From NCBI GenBank assembly GCA_965203485.1, contig OZ241892.1:2592001-2656000 (forward strand): a stretch of 64,000 nucleotides of DNA, written 5' to 3'. The notes below the pieces were generated by a model. That model ran no database searches, was not told the DNA's origin, and saw nothing but the letters and a program-made list of their open reading frames with translations. The translations under genes were made by a program, and so were the position numbers. How positions within the stretch are numbered: position 1 is the stretch's first letter; each line of letters starts with the position of its first letter. Shown piece by piece: positions 53,123 through 63,500 of this stretch. The DNA comes from Longimicrobiales bacterium. Its GTDB lineage: Bacteria; Gemmatimonadota; Gemmatimonadetes; Longimicrobiales; Gaopeijiaceae.

Positions 53123-54388
53123 TCAGAAGCCGATCCGCCGATCGCCGGGCACGTCGGCCTGCAGGCTCTCCAACGGCACGGCAGGACCTTCAGCTCGCAA
53201 CGACCACCAGTCCTTCAGCCATCGGGAACAGAAGCGGTAGTCGTCGCCATGGCGCTCCAAGTAGCCGTCATGGACCAGGATGTCGATGATCATTGCGATG
53301 TGCTCCCTCGCTCGTTCAAGAGAACCGGCGTATGCGCGTTCCAACGCGGTATGGGCGGCAGGAGAGAGCTTGTCTTGGGTCGCCGCCTCTCCAAGGATCC
53401 GGCGGGCGATCTCGTGGTCAGGGTCATCTTCGAGAGCATCCTGCAATCGGGTGTCGTAGTGCAGGAGATCGCCCTGGCCGACGGGGCCGAGCATTTCGTT
53501 CTCGTAGACGCGTTCCACGTCTTCAACGCCGATTTGGTTGGTACGTCGGACCTCGGGCGAGTGTCGCAGGCGCGCGAAGAACGATTGCACGTGCTGGGGA
53601 ACGCCGATTCCGAGCCGGTCGTAGACGGCTCCGGCCGCGCCCTCCTCCAAGAAAATGCGATAGTGGCCGGCAAGGCGCCGCAAGCACTCCTCGCTCTCGG
53701 CACGGCCCCATGGTCCCAGGCGAAAGTCGTGAAGGTAGTTGATCCTGTCCGGCAACCCGAGGCGTCGCAGAAGCGGGACGAGGCCAATGCTCCCGGTCGC
53801 CAGCAGAACGGGCGAGGGACCCTCGGACGCCTGGAACGCTTGGCGCAACCAGCTCATGAACACATCTACCCTGTGTCGGCCGTCGTCCTCCGCCCGGCGA
53901 AGAAGTCGGGTCAAGAATATGGGCAGCTCGTCGACGACCAACAGAATCCGCTTGTCGTGACGGGCGCAGAACTCGATCAGGTCGTCGCCTCGGCGCCTCC
54001 AAGTCCCCTGGTTCAGAACGGCGCGGAACTTCAGCCGGAACTCGTGCGCTCCGACCTCTTCGAGCTTCCCGAACGTCCGGTCGAGGCGTCGCCCCAGCGA
54101 ACCGACGAGACGCTTGCGGATAGGCTGGACCGGATAGACGGCCTTCGCCATCTCGGCGATCGCGTCTTCCTCGGAGACCGCTCCCTCGACATCGGTGAAC
54201 AGGCAGGTCCATCCTTGCAACCGCAACCGCTCTCCAAGCGCCCTCGTCAAGCTGGTCTTCCCCATGCGTCGCTGGCCCGTGAGGAGGACGTGATTGCCGT
54301 CGCGCACGAGTTGCTCCAGCTGCTCCAGCTCGTCGGTTCGATTGAAGAATTCGTCGCTGCTGACCCAGCGACCCGTCGACGACCTCAT
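53123..54388 (-). CDS. STAND-like/archaeal-type P-loop ATPase
   Basis: FFNR..E, GQRRMGKT, LLVVDE, ATGSIGL, GVP.HVQ, L.HDGYL; start at ATG 54388 (54520 possible). Confidence 0.88.
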   Translation of the reverse strand: MRSSTGRWVSSDEFFNRTDELEQLEQLVRDGNHVLLTGQRRMGKTSLTRALGERLRLQGWTCLFTDVEGAVSEEDAIAEMAKAVYPVQPIRKRLVGSLGRRLDRTFGKLEEVGAHEFRLKFRAVLNQGTWRRRGDDLIEFCARHDKRILLVVDELPIFLTRLLRRAEDDGRHRVDVFMSWLRQAFQASEGPSPVLLATGSIGLVPLLRRLGLPDRINYLHDFRLGPWGRAESEECLRRLAGHYRIFLEEGAAGAVYDRLGIGVPQHVQSFFARLRHSPEVRRTNQIGVEDVERVYENEMLGPVGQGDLLHYDTRLQDALEDDPDHEIARRILGEAATQDKLSPAAHTALERAYAGSLERAREHIAMIIDILVHDGYLERHGDDYRFCSRWLKDWWSLRAEGPAVPLESLQADVPGDRRIGF

Positions 54389-54792
54389 GGCTGGCGTCCT
54401 TTCGGGATTCGGGGGCGAATCGGACCTCCGGGGAAGGCCGAGCCCAGCTCGTCCAGAATAGTCGCGATCAGCAAGTACGCTGTCAACGGCACCGCTGTCA
54501 GCGCTTTTGCTGTCATCCAATTTGATGGTTCACGAAGCATAAGGCCCAGCGGGGCGCAATGCACTCGGCGACAGATGGTGCCTCGCCGGACGCGGCGTCG
54601 GCCGCGCGGCTGGCAAGGGCGGCTGACGGGCGGAGAAACGGGAGAACGCGAGCAAGCGACGGGGCTTGGCACGCCGACGACTAGGCCGAGTACGACCCGC
54701 TCGTAGCCCGTCAAGCCTTTGGGGTTTGGCTGGACAGGTGTTATCCTTCATGAGCCCTGGTGACGCATGTCCATGAACGAAAGGCCACCGCC

Positions 54793-54984
54793 ATGCCGCT
54801 GGAGACTTCTAGCACGGAGACATCTGCGACGGAATCCAAGAAAGCGGATGCATTGCCGAGCGTCCCGTTTCCCGACGAAGATTGGCGCGAGCGGATCGCA
54901 CGTGCAAAACAAGCTCGGGAGGAAGGCCGAAAGGCACGACAAGGAAAACCACTGACCTTCCGTATGAAATACAACATCAAATAG
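54793..54984 (+). CDS. Small charged helical protein upstream of the SDH protease
   Basis: 63 aa, DEDWRERIARAKQAREEGRKAR; co-oriented, 30 bp before the protease. Confidence 0.7.
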   Translation: MPLETSSTETSATESKKADALPSVPFPDEDWRERIARAKQAREEGRKARQGKPLTFRMKYNIK

Positions 54985-55014
54985 GCGTTTCTTTATTCGG
55001 ATGTGGAACAAATA

Positions 55015-55866
55015 ATGCCAGATCGAAGCCCATTGTATGAAGCAAGACATGCACCTCGGTATGAACGCCAGAAGCTTATTCGCCAGTATGAAGAAGATTA
55101 CAAATGTCGACTCGTGGTTCTCATTGACATATTGTTTTCGCATAGTGTGACGCTCTTAGAAGAAGCACTACATGATGCAGATGCCGATGAAGACCTGCAT
55201 ATCGTCCTAGCTACGCCAGGTGGGGACGGAGAGACAGCGATTCGACTTATCCGTCAATCTCAATCTCGTTGTAAAGAACTGACCGTGATCGTGCCTGATC
55301 AAGCGAAGAGCGCAGGCACTCTCTTTGTGCTCGGCGCAGATCAGATATGCATGGGGCCGACCAGCGACCTCGGGCCCGTTGATCCTCAATTTCGGCTCTC
55401 GGACGGATCTTTGGCCGCGGGCCAAGCAATCATAGCGGCAGTCGAAGATGCAGAGCGGAGAATCGAAGCGACTCCTCAAACATATCCGCTTCATGCCTCA
55501 TTACTAGCGGACATATCGGCATTGATGGTACAGCAGGCACGGGACGCGATTGCTCGTGCGGGCGACCAGATTCGAGAAGCACTCGCGTGTGTTGATTCGC
55601 GGAACAGCGAACAGGTCAACACGCTAGTAGAGAAACTCAAGGGACCACTTCTCGGCGAAGCACAAAGCCATGCGACCACCATTTCCGCTGACGACGCACG
55701 CCGATTCGGACTTCCCGTAAGAGTGTTGTCGTCGGATGATCAGCAATGGAAGAGCATATGGCGTCTGTGGACCAAGTATACGGTGCTGAACGCTCTTCAG
55801 ATATACGAAGGTGCCGTGGCATCGTATGTTGTTCCTCAAAGTCAGCGACATGGACCGGAAGCATAA
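55015..55866 (+). CDS. SDH-family ClpP-fold serine protease (copy 2)
   Basis: LATPGGD, AKSAGTL (Ser), LGPVDPQ (Asp), QSHA (His); lower GC. Confidence 0.9.
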   Translation: MPDRSPLYEARHAPRYERQKLIRQYEEDYKCRLVVLIDILFSHSVTLLEEALHDADADEDLHIVLATPGGDGETAIRLIRQSQSRCKELTVIVPDQAKSAGTLFVLGADQICMGPTSDLGPVDPQFRLSDGSLAAGQAIIAAVEDAERRIEATPQTYPLHASLLADISALMVQQARDAIARAGDQIREALACVDSRNSEQVNTLVEKLKGPLLGEAQSHATTISADDARRFGLPVRVLSSDDQQWKSIWRLWTKYTVLNALQIYEGAVASYVVPQSQRHGPEA

Positions 55867-55970
55867 TAGGGCTCGGGATCAGCTAGGAGCCCATAGCCGT
55901 AGGGAGAGGCCGGCAGAGAAAGACGCGGCCAGAACCCAGGACCCTCCGCACCAACGCCAAGATCCGCGCC

Positions 55971-57281
55971 CTACCGCACCCCCTGCGGCAGGCGCTTGAC
56001 CACGATCGCCTGCACGTCCAACTCGTCGGACTCGACGAACGCGGCCAGACCGTCCGGGCCGAACGCGATGGGCATCGCCGCTACGCCCTCGGCGAAGGTG
56101 CCGGCGTAGCCGCCGTCGGCGGACAGCACGTCGATCGGTCCGTCGGGGCTCGCGTCGGCGGCCCGGCGCCGAACCCACAGCCGTCCCTCCCACGACGCCC
56201 GCACGTCCGACAGCACCGGCACCTCGGGGTAGAACTCCAAGTTCGCGACCATCCCCTGCCTTATCTCGTCCAACTGGCTGCCCGAAAGTCCGCCGCCCGC
56301 CGGGACCGTCGCCATCCGGCGCTCGCGCTCCGCGTCGCGGATTCGGTCGGTGACCGGCCGCGGCTGGAACGGCCGCGTCAGGATGCGCGAGACGACGCCG
56401 GAAGCGTTCGCGACGTGGATTGCATAGGTGGTCGAATCGGCAAACGCGAAGCCGCCGTCGGGCATCACGCCGACAAGAAGTCCGGGCTCGAACGCGCGCA
56501 GGTTCTTTCTGATCTCGACCGTGGGTCTGCTGGCCGAACCGCTGACGCGAACGCCGGAATCGTCCTTCTTGGGCATCCACGCCGCCGCCAGCGTGTCCAT
56601 CCGGACCTCGTCGCGGCCGACGTGGAACCGCACGACGTGGCGGCCTTCGTCGGGCGCCGGAGCCTGGGACGGCATCACGTCGATCTTCTGAAAGCCCCTC
56701 GCAATCACCATGTCGCCGGAGCCCGCGACCCGCATCCCTCCCGTGATCCGAACCAGCGAGAAGGGGCCCTCCGCCTCGCGCTTCATGCTGCTGGACCGCA
56801 CGAACTCGCCGCCGGGGCCGAATATCTGAAAGCCGAGCTTGGAGGGGTCGAAGACGATGGCGCTGCCGGAGCGGGTCACGGCGAGAGCCGCGGCCGACCG
56901 GAACTCGCCCGGACCGTCGCCGCGCCGCCCGAACTCGCGAACCAAGCCACCGCCGGGAGAGACGACGACGACCCGCGCGTTCGATCCGTCGAGGATGTGC
57001 AAGTTGCCGGCCCCGTCGAACCCCGCTTCGGACACGAATCCAAACGCCTCCCAATCGCGGCTGTCCATTCCGCCCACCCGGTAGAGCTCCTCGAAGGCGG
57101 GGGCGAGAAACTTGTCGTCGGCGGGAAGTTCGACGCGTTCCTGGGCGGCGAGCGGCGCGGCCAAGGCGCAGGCCAGCGGCACGATTGCGCGGCGGGTCGG
57201 CCGCGGCAACTCGAAGGCGGAGGGACGACGGCCCGCGTGGCATCCTCGCGGCTCCGCTTGGGCGCTGCGGATCCGCCTCAT
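55971..57281 (-). CDS. Exported 6-bladed beta-propeller (NHL-like) protein
   Basis: Signal ending in [38 protein letters not shown]. Confidence 0.85.
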   Translation of the reverse strand: MRRIRSAQAEPRGCHAGRRPSAFELPRPTRRAIVPLACALAAPLAAQERVELPADDKFLAPAFEELYRVGGMDSRDWEAFGFVSEAGFDGAGNLHILDGSNARVVVVSPGGGLVREFGRRGDGPGEFRSAAALAVTRSGSAIVFDPSKLGFQIFGPGGEFVRSSSMKREAEGPFSLVRITGGMRVAGSGDMVIARGFQKIDVMPSQAPAPDEGRHVVRFHVGRDEVRMDTLAAAWMPKKDDSGVRVSGSASRPTVEIRKNLRAFEPGLLVGVMPDGGFAFADSTTYAIHVANASGVVSRILTRPFQPRPVTDRIRDAERERRMATVPAGGGLSGSQLDEIRQGMVANLEFYPEVPVLSDVRASWEGRLWVRRRAADASPDGPIDVLSADGGYAGTFAEGVAAMPIAFGPDGLAAFVESDELDVQAIVVKRLPQGVR

Positions 57282-57586
57282 GGTCCCCGGTTTCCCAAAG
57301 CCGCGCCATCGAAGAGGTTGCGCGGCTCCGCCAAGTCCGCCAGCACCTTCTCCACCACGCCCGCCGCGACCCAGGCCTGAAATCGCCGGCGCACCGTATC
57401 GTAGTTCGGGTAGCATTGGGGAAGCCAGCTCCACTCCGCGCCCGTGCGCAGAATCCACAGCACCGCTTCCAAAACGTCCCGCGTCGGCACGCGCGGCCCT
57501 CCGCGCCGACCCTTCGGCTTCCTTTCCTCGGGAAAGTGGTGGCGGACGCGCTCCCACTCTTCGTCGGTCAGCTTCACGCGGAACAT
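57278..57586 (-). mobile_element. IS5-family (IS427-like) transposase N-terminal ORF, no DDE half
   Basis: LTDEEWER...GGPR...[25 protein letters not shown]...GV. Confidence 0.85.
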
Positions 57587-57683
57587 GCTCGAACGATAGC
57601 AATGGTCCGGGCCGGCGGGAAGCGGCAGGGCCGGTCACCTCGCGCTCGCCGCGCCAGGCGGATGGGGCGGTGGCGCAGGCCCC

Positions 57684-57834
57684 GACAGATTCCGTGACAG
57701 ATTCTGCCAGAATTTGTCGGAAACGCACGCACGGCGGCGACGCCCGCTTCCGGGGACGCCAAGGCCGATGTTCGGACATGGCGGCGCCACGCCCTTCGGA
57801 CAGATTCCGTGACAAATTCTGCCTAGAATTTGTC
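57684..57834. repeat. Tripartite GACARATTC motif, copies 2 and 3
   Basis: GACAGATTC-CGT-GACAGATTC-TGCCA-GAATTTGTC (57684-57718) and GACAGATTC-CGT-GACAAATTC-TGCCTA-GAATTTGTC (57799-57834). Confidence 0.85.
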
Positions 57835-57989
57835 AGAGCGTAGCACTCTCCGTCGCGACGAGCCCCTCAAGGGACGTATCCCGGCAACACCTGGTGCGCC
57901 GACGACGAGGCGGACGGCGGCCCGTGCTCGACCGGTCAAGCCCTCGTTCAGCCACGGCGATCTCGGCGGCGAGAGGCGTGCCGCGCAAG

Positions 57990-58496
57990 CTAGCCCATGT
58001 CCGCGAGCCATCTTGGGACGACCGGCTGGCGGTAGAAGTCCTTGCGCGCCCGGTACCCGTGATCGTCCAGGAGCCGCCGCACTTCCGCGAGAAGGTCGTT
58101 CATGACGCCGGCCTTGGCAAGGTCGCTTCTGTGCAGACGAATCGCGGGGGCGCCGGGGGCGGGGTCGCCGGGGCGCAGCCCCAAGAAGCGCATGAGGCTC
58201 CGGCTGTCCGTCGCCAAGTAGGCGACCGCTTCGTCCGGCAAGTCGTGAAGCGCTCCGAAGACAAGCACCTTGAACATGAAGACCGCGTCCCAGCGCCTCC
58301 GGTGCGCACGCCGCCCCTGCTTCGGCCAATGCCTCTCCAGCCGCGGACGAAAGGACTCCCAAGGCACGATCGTCGCCAGCGGCGCCAACGGATCGGTCAC
58401 TTCGCCCACGGGCTCCCCGTTGATGTTGGAGGGGCGGGCGGGCCGCCGTGTCCCGGACCAAGCGCGGCCGAAGAAGCCGCCGCGACCGCCTGACAT
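57990..58496 (-). pseudogene. IS5-family transposase N-terminal (DUF772) fragment
   Basis: GFF...DPL..L...VPWESFRP.L...D.V.MFKVLV....L.DE.....DSRS.MRFLGL; no DDE domain. Confidence 0.8.
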
Positions 58497-58596
58497 CGCC
58501 GAGCGCGCCGGGACGGGCAAGGCGGAGCTCCGGCTCGACGACGGCCCGCTCGGTATCTCCGCCGCCCCGCTTGTGCCACCCGGTTCCGCTTCATGG

Positions 58597-58800
58597 TCAA
58601 CGGTCTTCCAACGCCACGCCCTCGAAGATGTTGCGAGGCATCGCCAAGTCCTCCAGCGCCTTCTCCAGCACGCCCGCCGCGGTCCAAGCTTGAAATCGCC
58701 GACGCACCGTATCGTAGCGCGGGTAGCATTGGGGCACCAGCCCCACTCCGCGCCCGTGCGAAGAATCCACAGCACCGCTTCCAGAAGGTTCCGGGTCGGC
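58597..58800 (-). pseudogene. Second, frameshifted copy of the IS427-like fragment
   Basis: [15 protein letters not shown] and [17 protein letters not shown] in different frames; DNA similar to 57280-57490. Confidence 0.8.
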
Positions 58801-59009
58801 GCGAGCGGCCAGGCTCTCGATCCACCTCCCCGGCCCCACCTCATCAGCCGATCCACGACCCACCACGCCTTCCGCCGACGGCACACCTTCATGCTCCGCC
58901 TTCGACTGGAACTTGAAGAGGAGCACGAGCCAGAGCGGACGGGCTCGGAACCGCACATCTTGGGGATCCAGGCAGTTCGGTCTCTTCACGCCACACGTGG
59001 TGGCTCTTC

Positions 59010-59510
59010 CGGTGTCTCGAATCCGCAGCGAAGCAGGCCGCGCTCGAGTGGCTCAGCCAATCTGGCTGGACCACCGCGCACGGCCGCGACCTCGGCGGCG
59101 GACGGCCCCGCCGACCGGGCGCGCGAGCGGTCAGACTACTCGGACGTCACTCTCGCTTTCCGCCTCGGCAAGACCCTCGTGCGCATCGACCTCGACCTCG
59201 CCGACACCGCGCTCGACGACGCCCTCCGCAAGCTGACGCGCCCCGTCGGCTCCACCCTCGATGCCCGCAACCGCTCCTTCCACCGGATGTTGGTGGACGG
59301 CGTCCCCGTCGAGTACCGGGCACCCGCCAGGCGCATCCGCGGCCACCACGCCCGAGTCCTCGACTTCGACCAGCCCGAAGCCAACGACTGGCTGGCCGTC
59401 AACCAGCTCACCGTCGCCGATGACAAGCGCACGCGCCGCCCGGACGTCGTGCTGTTCGTCAACGAGCTCCCGCTGGGCGTTGTGGAAACTCAAGGACCCG
59501 AGCAACCCGG
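59010..59510 (+). pseudogene. hsdR: Type I restriction enzyme R subunit N-terminal remnant
   Basis: AALEWL..GW..AHG (frameshift), NRSFHRMLVDGV.VEY, NDWLAVNQ, RRPDVVLFVN.LPL.VVE. Confidence 0.85.
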
Positions 59511-59797
59511 AGTGTCTCGGACGGCGTGGAGGCCCGGTTCGGCATGCTCACCGGCGACTAGGCCAGTCCAGACGGGAAGCGTCCATCTTGCCGTAGTACC
59601 GCTTCATTCGCCGCCCCCATGGCTTCATGCTAGGTTTCCAGTGAGGATATCGCACCGTTGCGCCTCGCCCTCGCGGCAGGTTGCGGAGACGTGTCCGGGG
59701 CTTGGCACCGGGGAAAGGCCGCGCAACCCGCGCCAATCCAACACCGGCCTCTCGCCACTCGGGCGGGAATCGTACTCTATCCGAAAGGATGAACAAC

Positions 59798-60073
59798 ATG
59801 GAAAACCAACGCCCCGTACTCTACCGCATAGAGTCTATAACGTCGGGCAGATCGCTTTTCCGTATCGGCGTAAGGAAACGATTCGCAACAGACGAAGAGG
59901 CCAGCGAAGCAATAGAGAAAATACGCAAAGCAAAAGGTATGCTTCGCGTCCGCTGGCGAAACACCGGCGGCATCAGCCGCACCGTACCAAATCGCGAAGT
60001 CGTCATAGACAATCTGTTCGATACATTCGAAGAAGCCGAAAACGTCATGAAAACACTACCGCTAGACATCTAA
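59798..60073 (+). CDS. Small hypothetical protein
   Basis: 91-aa A-rich, low-GC ORF with a plausible protein composition; alternative ATG at 59789. Confidence 0.65.
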   Translation: MENQRPVLYRIESITSGRSLFRIGVRKRFATDEEASEAIEKIRKAKGMLRVRWRNTGGISRTVPNREVVIDNLFDTFEEAENVMKTLPLDI

Positions 60074-60589
60074 CCCCCAAGTCCAACGTCGACGCCAAAC
60101 GGAACCGTACGGAGATATGACATGACGAGCAGATCCCGGATGACGGGCCTGCTGGCCGCCCTTGTTGCACGTTCGTCGGCGGTTGCGAGCAGGAAGGAGT
60201 CGGTGACGCGACGGCCGCCCCCCGCGCAAGGGCGCGGTAGACGGCAATCTCCTGTTCTTCGTGCATCCCGAATCTTCGACCCCGAACTTGTGGGCGTCGC
60301 CAGATTTCGCTAGCGCGCGGCGGCTCCGCTCACGCCGTCGTCGTTGCGGCCCAGGGCCGCCTTGATCTTGTCAAACTCTTCCGCGGCGCCGTCCAGCGCC
60401 GAGGCGTCCAAGCGATCAAGCAAGGGCACGGGTATCCGCCCTGAAGCGGACGGACTTGCGTCGTGGATCGCCCCGCGTGAGTCCTCTAGCCCACAGACCA
60501 GCGCCTTGTGGTCGAGTACCTGCTTCGCCGATGGGAAGAGCTGGAATTCGAGCACTTGGTGTAGAGCAAGGCCGTACGGGCGAAGATTC

Positions 60590-63500
60590 CTACGCCCCTC
60601 GCTCCGTGGGTCGGCTCACATCCAGCACTACGACCTTGATCTTATGCCTCTGGTCGGGCGCGAGCTCTCCTCGGAGGCGCTCTCGCAACGCTTCGGGCGT
60701 CTTCGGACGACGACCAGAGGGGGGCACGGTCTTGGTGTACCGCACGCCGAACCAGAGCACGACATAGACGCCGTGCCCGCCCGACTCCGGGGCACGGGCG
60801 TACTGTTCGATCAGCTGGTCGTTGATCGCGCTCCACAGTTGCGGGTGGGTGTTCTTCTTGATCTCCACTGGGACGGCGTGGCCGCCGCAGGATACCCGAA
60901 TGTCCGCCCGCTTGCCTTCGGCGTACTGGGCTTCGGGCTGGGCGTCTACGTTGACGCCGACCCCGGTGGGGAGGCGCCCCCGCACGGCCGACAGGAGTGC
61001 GTCTCGGCAAGTATCTTCGGGCCTCGGTTCCTTTTTCTTCGGGCGACCGTGGCTGTCTACGTTCCAGTACTGTCGCCAGTCGTTGGTGTTGCCGTCTCGA
61101 ATCTCCGTGGCAAGCCGCTCCAGACGGGCGACGAGCAAAGCAAGCAGGTCGGTGGGGTTTGCGGGCTGGCCGTCTTGCAACACTTTCTGCACCTCGTCCG
61201 CAGTGGGAATCTGGTGCAAGTGGTCGCGACGGAGCAGGACCTGCCGGTCGCGCGCTTCGAATATGACGTGCCGCCACATGGCCAACTCGGGCGCAACAGC
61301 AAGCACTTCCAGCGCATCGGCGGCCTTCGCGCCCGGCTTGTTCGCCAGCCGGTCCAGCCACGCCGAGAGCAAGCGCCGAGCCTTGTCGGCCGCTTCGACG
61401 GCATGCGTCATGAAATGCGCCTTCATTTCGTTGTCGTCTGGAGGACGCCAAGGGTTGACCCGCGCGCCGACGCCCCGGATCGCCGTCGCCAAGTGCTCCG
61501 TGCTCCACTCCATCAAGAACGACGGCAGGTCGTCGGGAACGACGAAGCTCATCAAGTGTTGTGCGCGAACGGGCGATCCCTCGCCGATGAACTCCATCGC
61601 CGTTGCCAAGTAGCGACCGGGCGACGCCAACATCCCGGCGCCCAGCCACAGCGCTTGCTGGGCTACGTCCATGCCCGAGCGCGCGAGCTTCGTCGCCGTC
61701 CGTGACGCAAGGTCGTCGGGCATGTACCGCACCGATGCCCACAGCAGGTGACGAAGCGCCAAGATCTGCGGTCGAGTGCACCGAACGGGAAAGGCGCGAA
61801 GCAACGACGGTGCCGCTAGTTGCGCCAGCTTCCGATACTTGGGGTTCCCGGCTACGGAAGCCAAGTGCTCTTCGCAGGGCGTCTTGCGCCTGATCTTGGA
61901 CATGTGGACGGCCACTAGGCCTTCCGCAACCAGTTCAGTATGGGACTTGACGAGCTCGTCGTACCAATCGGGGACGTGTGCTTGGTGGTAACACCCCGAG
62001 TGCGGGTCTCGCACCATGGGGCGCGGGGTCAGGTAGTAGAAGCCCGCCGCTCTCTTGATTCCGTTTGCCGTCAACTTCCGGTGGCCGCCGCACCCGGTCC
62101 GGTCCCCCTCGGCCAACCCGGCCAAGACGGGCAAGGCGAAATGCGAACGCTTTCCCTCGCTATCCAGCCGAACGATCTCGTCGAGACCTGGAAGGTCGTC
62201 GCGCTCCAGCGCCCGCTTGAATCCGGAGAGCGTTGCGGCCACCAAGCGTTCGTCGGAGTCCAGCAACTTGCGCAACGAGGCCACGGGGTCTGTCGACATG
62301 TTGCCGGAGTCGAACCCGAAGTACGTTCTGGCAAGGCAATCCAGAAGGACCGGCTTGCATGAGCTCGCCGCCAAGTCCCTCGCCCGCTCACGCACATGCG
62401 CGACGAACTGTTGTTCTTCCCTGCGCCGACGCTCTCGTGCAGCAGTTGCCTTCTTGTCCCACTCTGTCAACGCCGTCCCGGCTTGGTCGCGCAGCGAGTC
62501 CGGGGGCTCTGCGAAGCTGGCCAGATGGTCACGCAATTCCGGCATGTCTTGAAGTCTGGCGCCTGCGCATGCGATCCAACGAGCGAAGTGCGGCTTGGCG
62601 CGCCGAAGAGAAACCGCCCATTCCAGCAGGAGTCGCGCCGCTGGGACGTGGGAGCTTGCCAACCCGATGGCATGATCGAGACACCACGCGGCAAAGCCGG
62701 GAGGGGGGGAGCCGTCGAAGAGTTTGCGACGGTACCGCCAAGCGTCGATGTCCAGGTCTTCCTTTTGAGCGTTTTTCCTTAGAAATTCCAGGAGACAAGC
62801 TCTGCCGACAGCCGGATGTGTTGCAAACCATGATCGAAGGCGTCGGAGTTCGGGCCCGTCCAGTCTCCCGATGTCCGTCGGCTCAGTCCCCGCCGCGAAT
62901 TCGATCCACTTCGACAGTCGCGACACAGGAGTCGTCTCTCCGTGCACGTTCAGGGCGCGCACCAACAGGCGATGCACAAGATCGTTGAGCTGACCCTCGC
63001 GCAGTACAGCAAGCAACCGGGACCTGCTGGCGAGCAAACCATCCAAGAGGACGGGCAGATCGGCGTCGCGGGTACTCTGCTCGACTCTCTTGAACCAGAA
63101 CAGTACGTCAAGACCGATCAGCCTGTGGTTGGCCGTCTTCGGCACGTAGCTCCAAATCCGTTCGGGCGGAACACGATCAGGATACCACGCAGTCAGCAAT
63201 TTGCCCCGGAGTTCGTTGTCGGGATCGTGAACCCGACCATCTTTGGTCTCTGCAAGCAATTCGTCGACGAGTTCGTTGCCCTTGCCGCTTCTCGCCACGG
63301 CATGGAGCGCGGCCGCCAAGCCAGCATGTCTGACGCGCGGCCACCAAGTAGGGTCCCGTACCAGACGCAACAGCTCACGGATGAACGACCGAGGCGTCGT
63401 CGGGAAACGCTCGGGCGATGCCCACAGCGCAGAAGCAGCATGTGGAATGCCACGCAACAGCAGATCTACGACCGCCTGCCTAGCGTCGCCGCGGTCGTCG

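Noticed and set aside
58270..60120. 616-aa ORF
   Set aside because: Chance read-through across IS relics and the hsdR fragment; only about 59100-59500 is protein-like.
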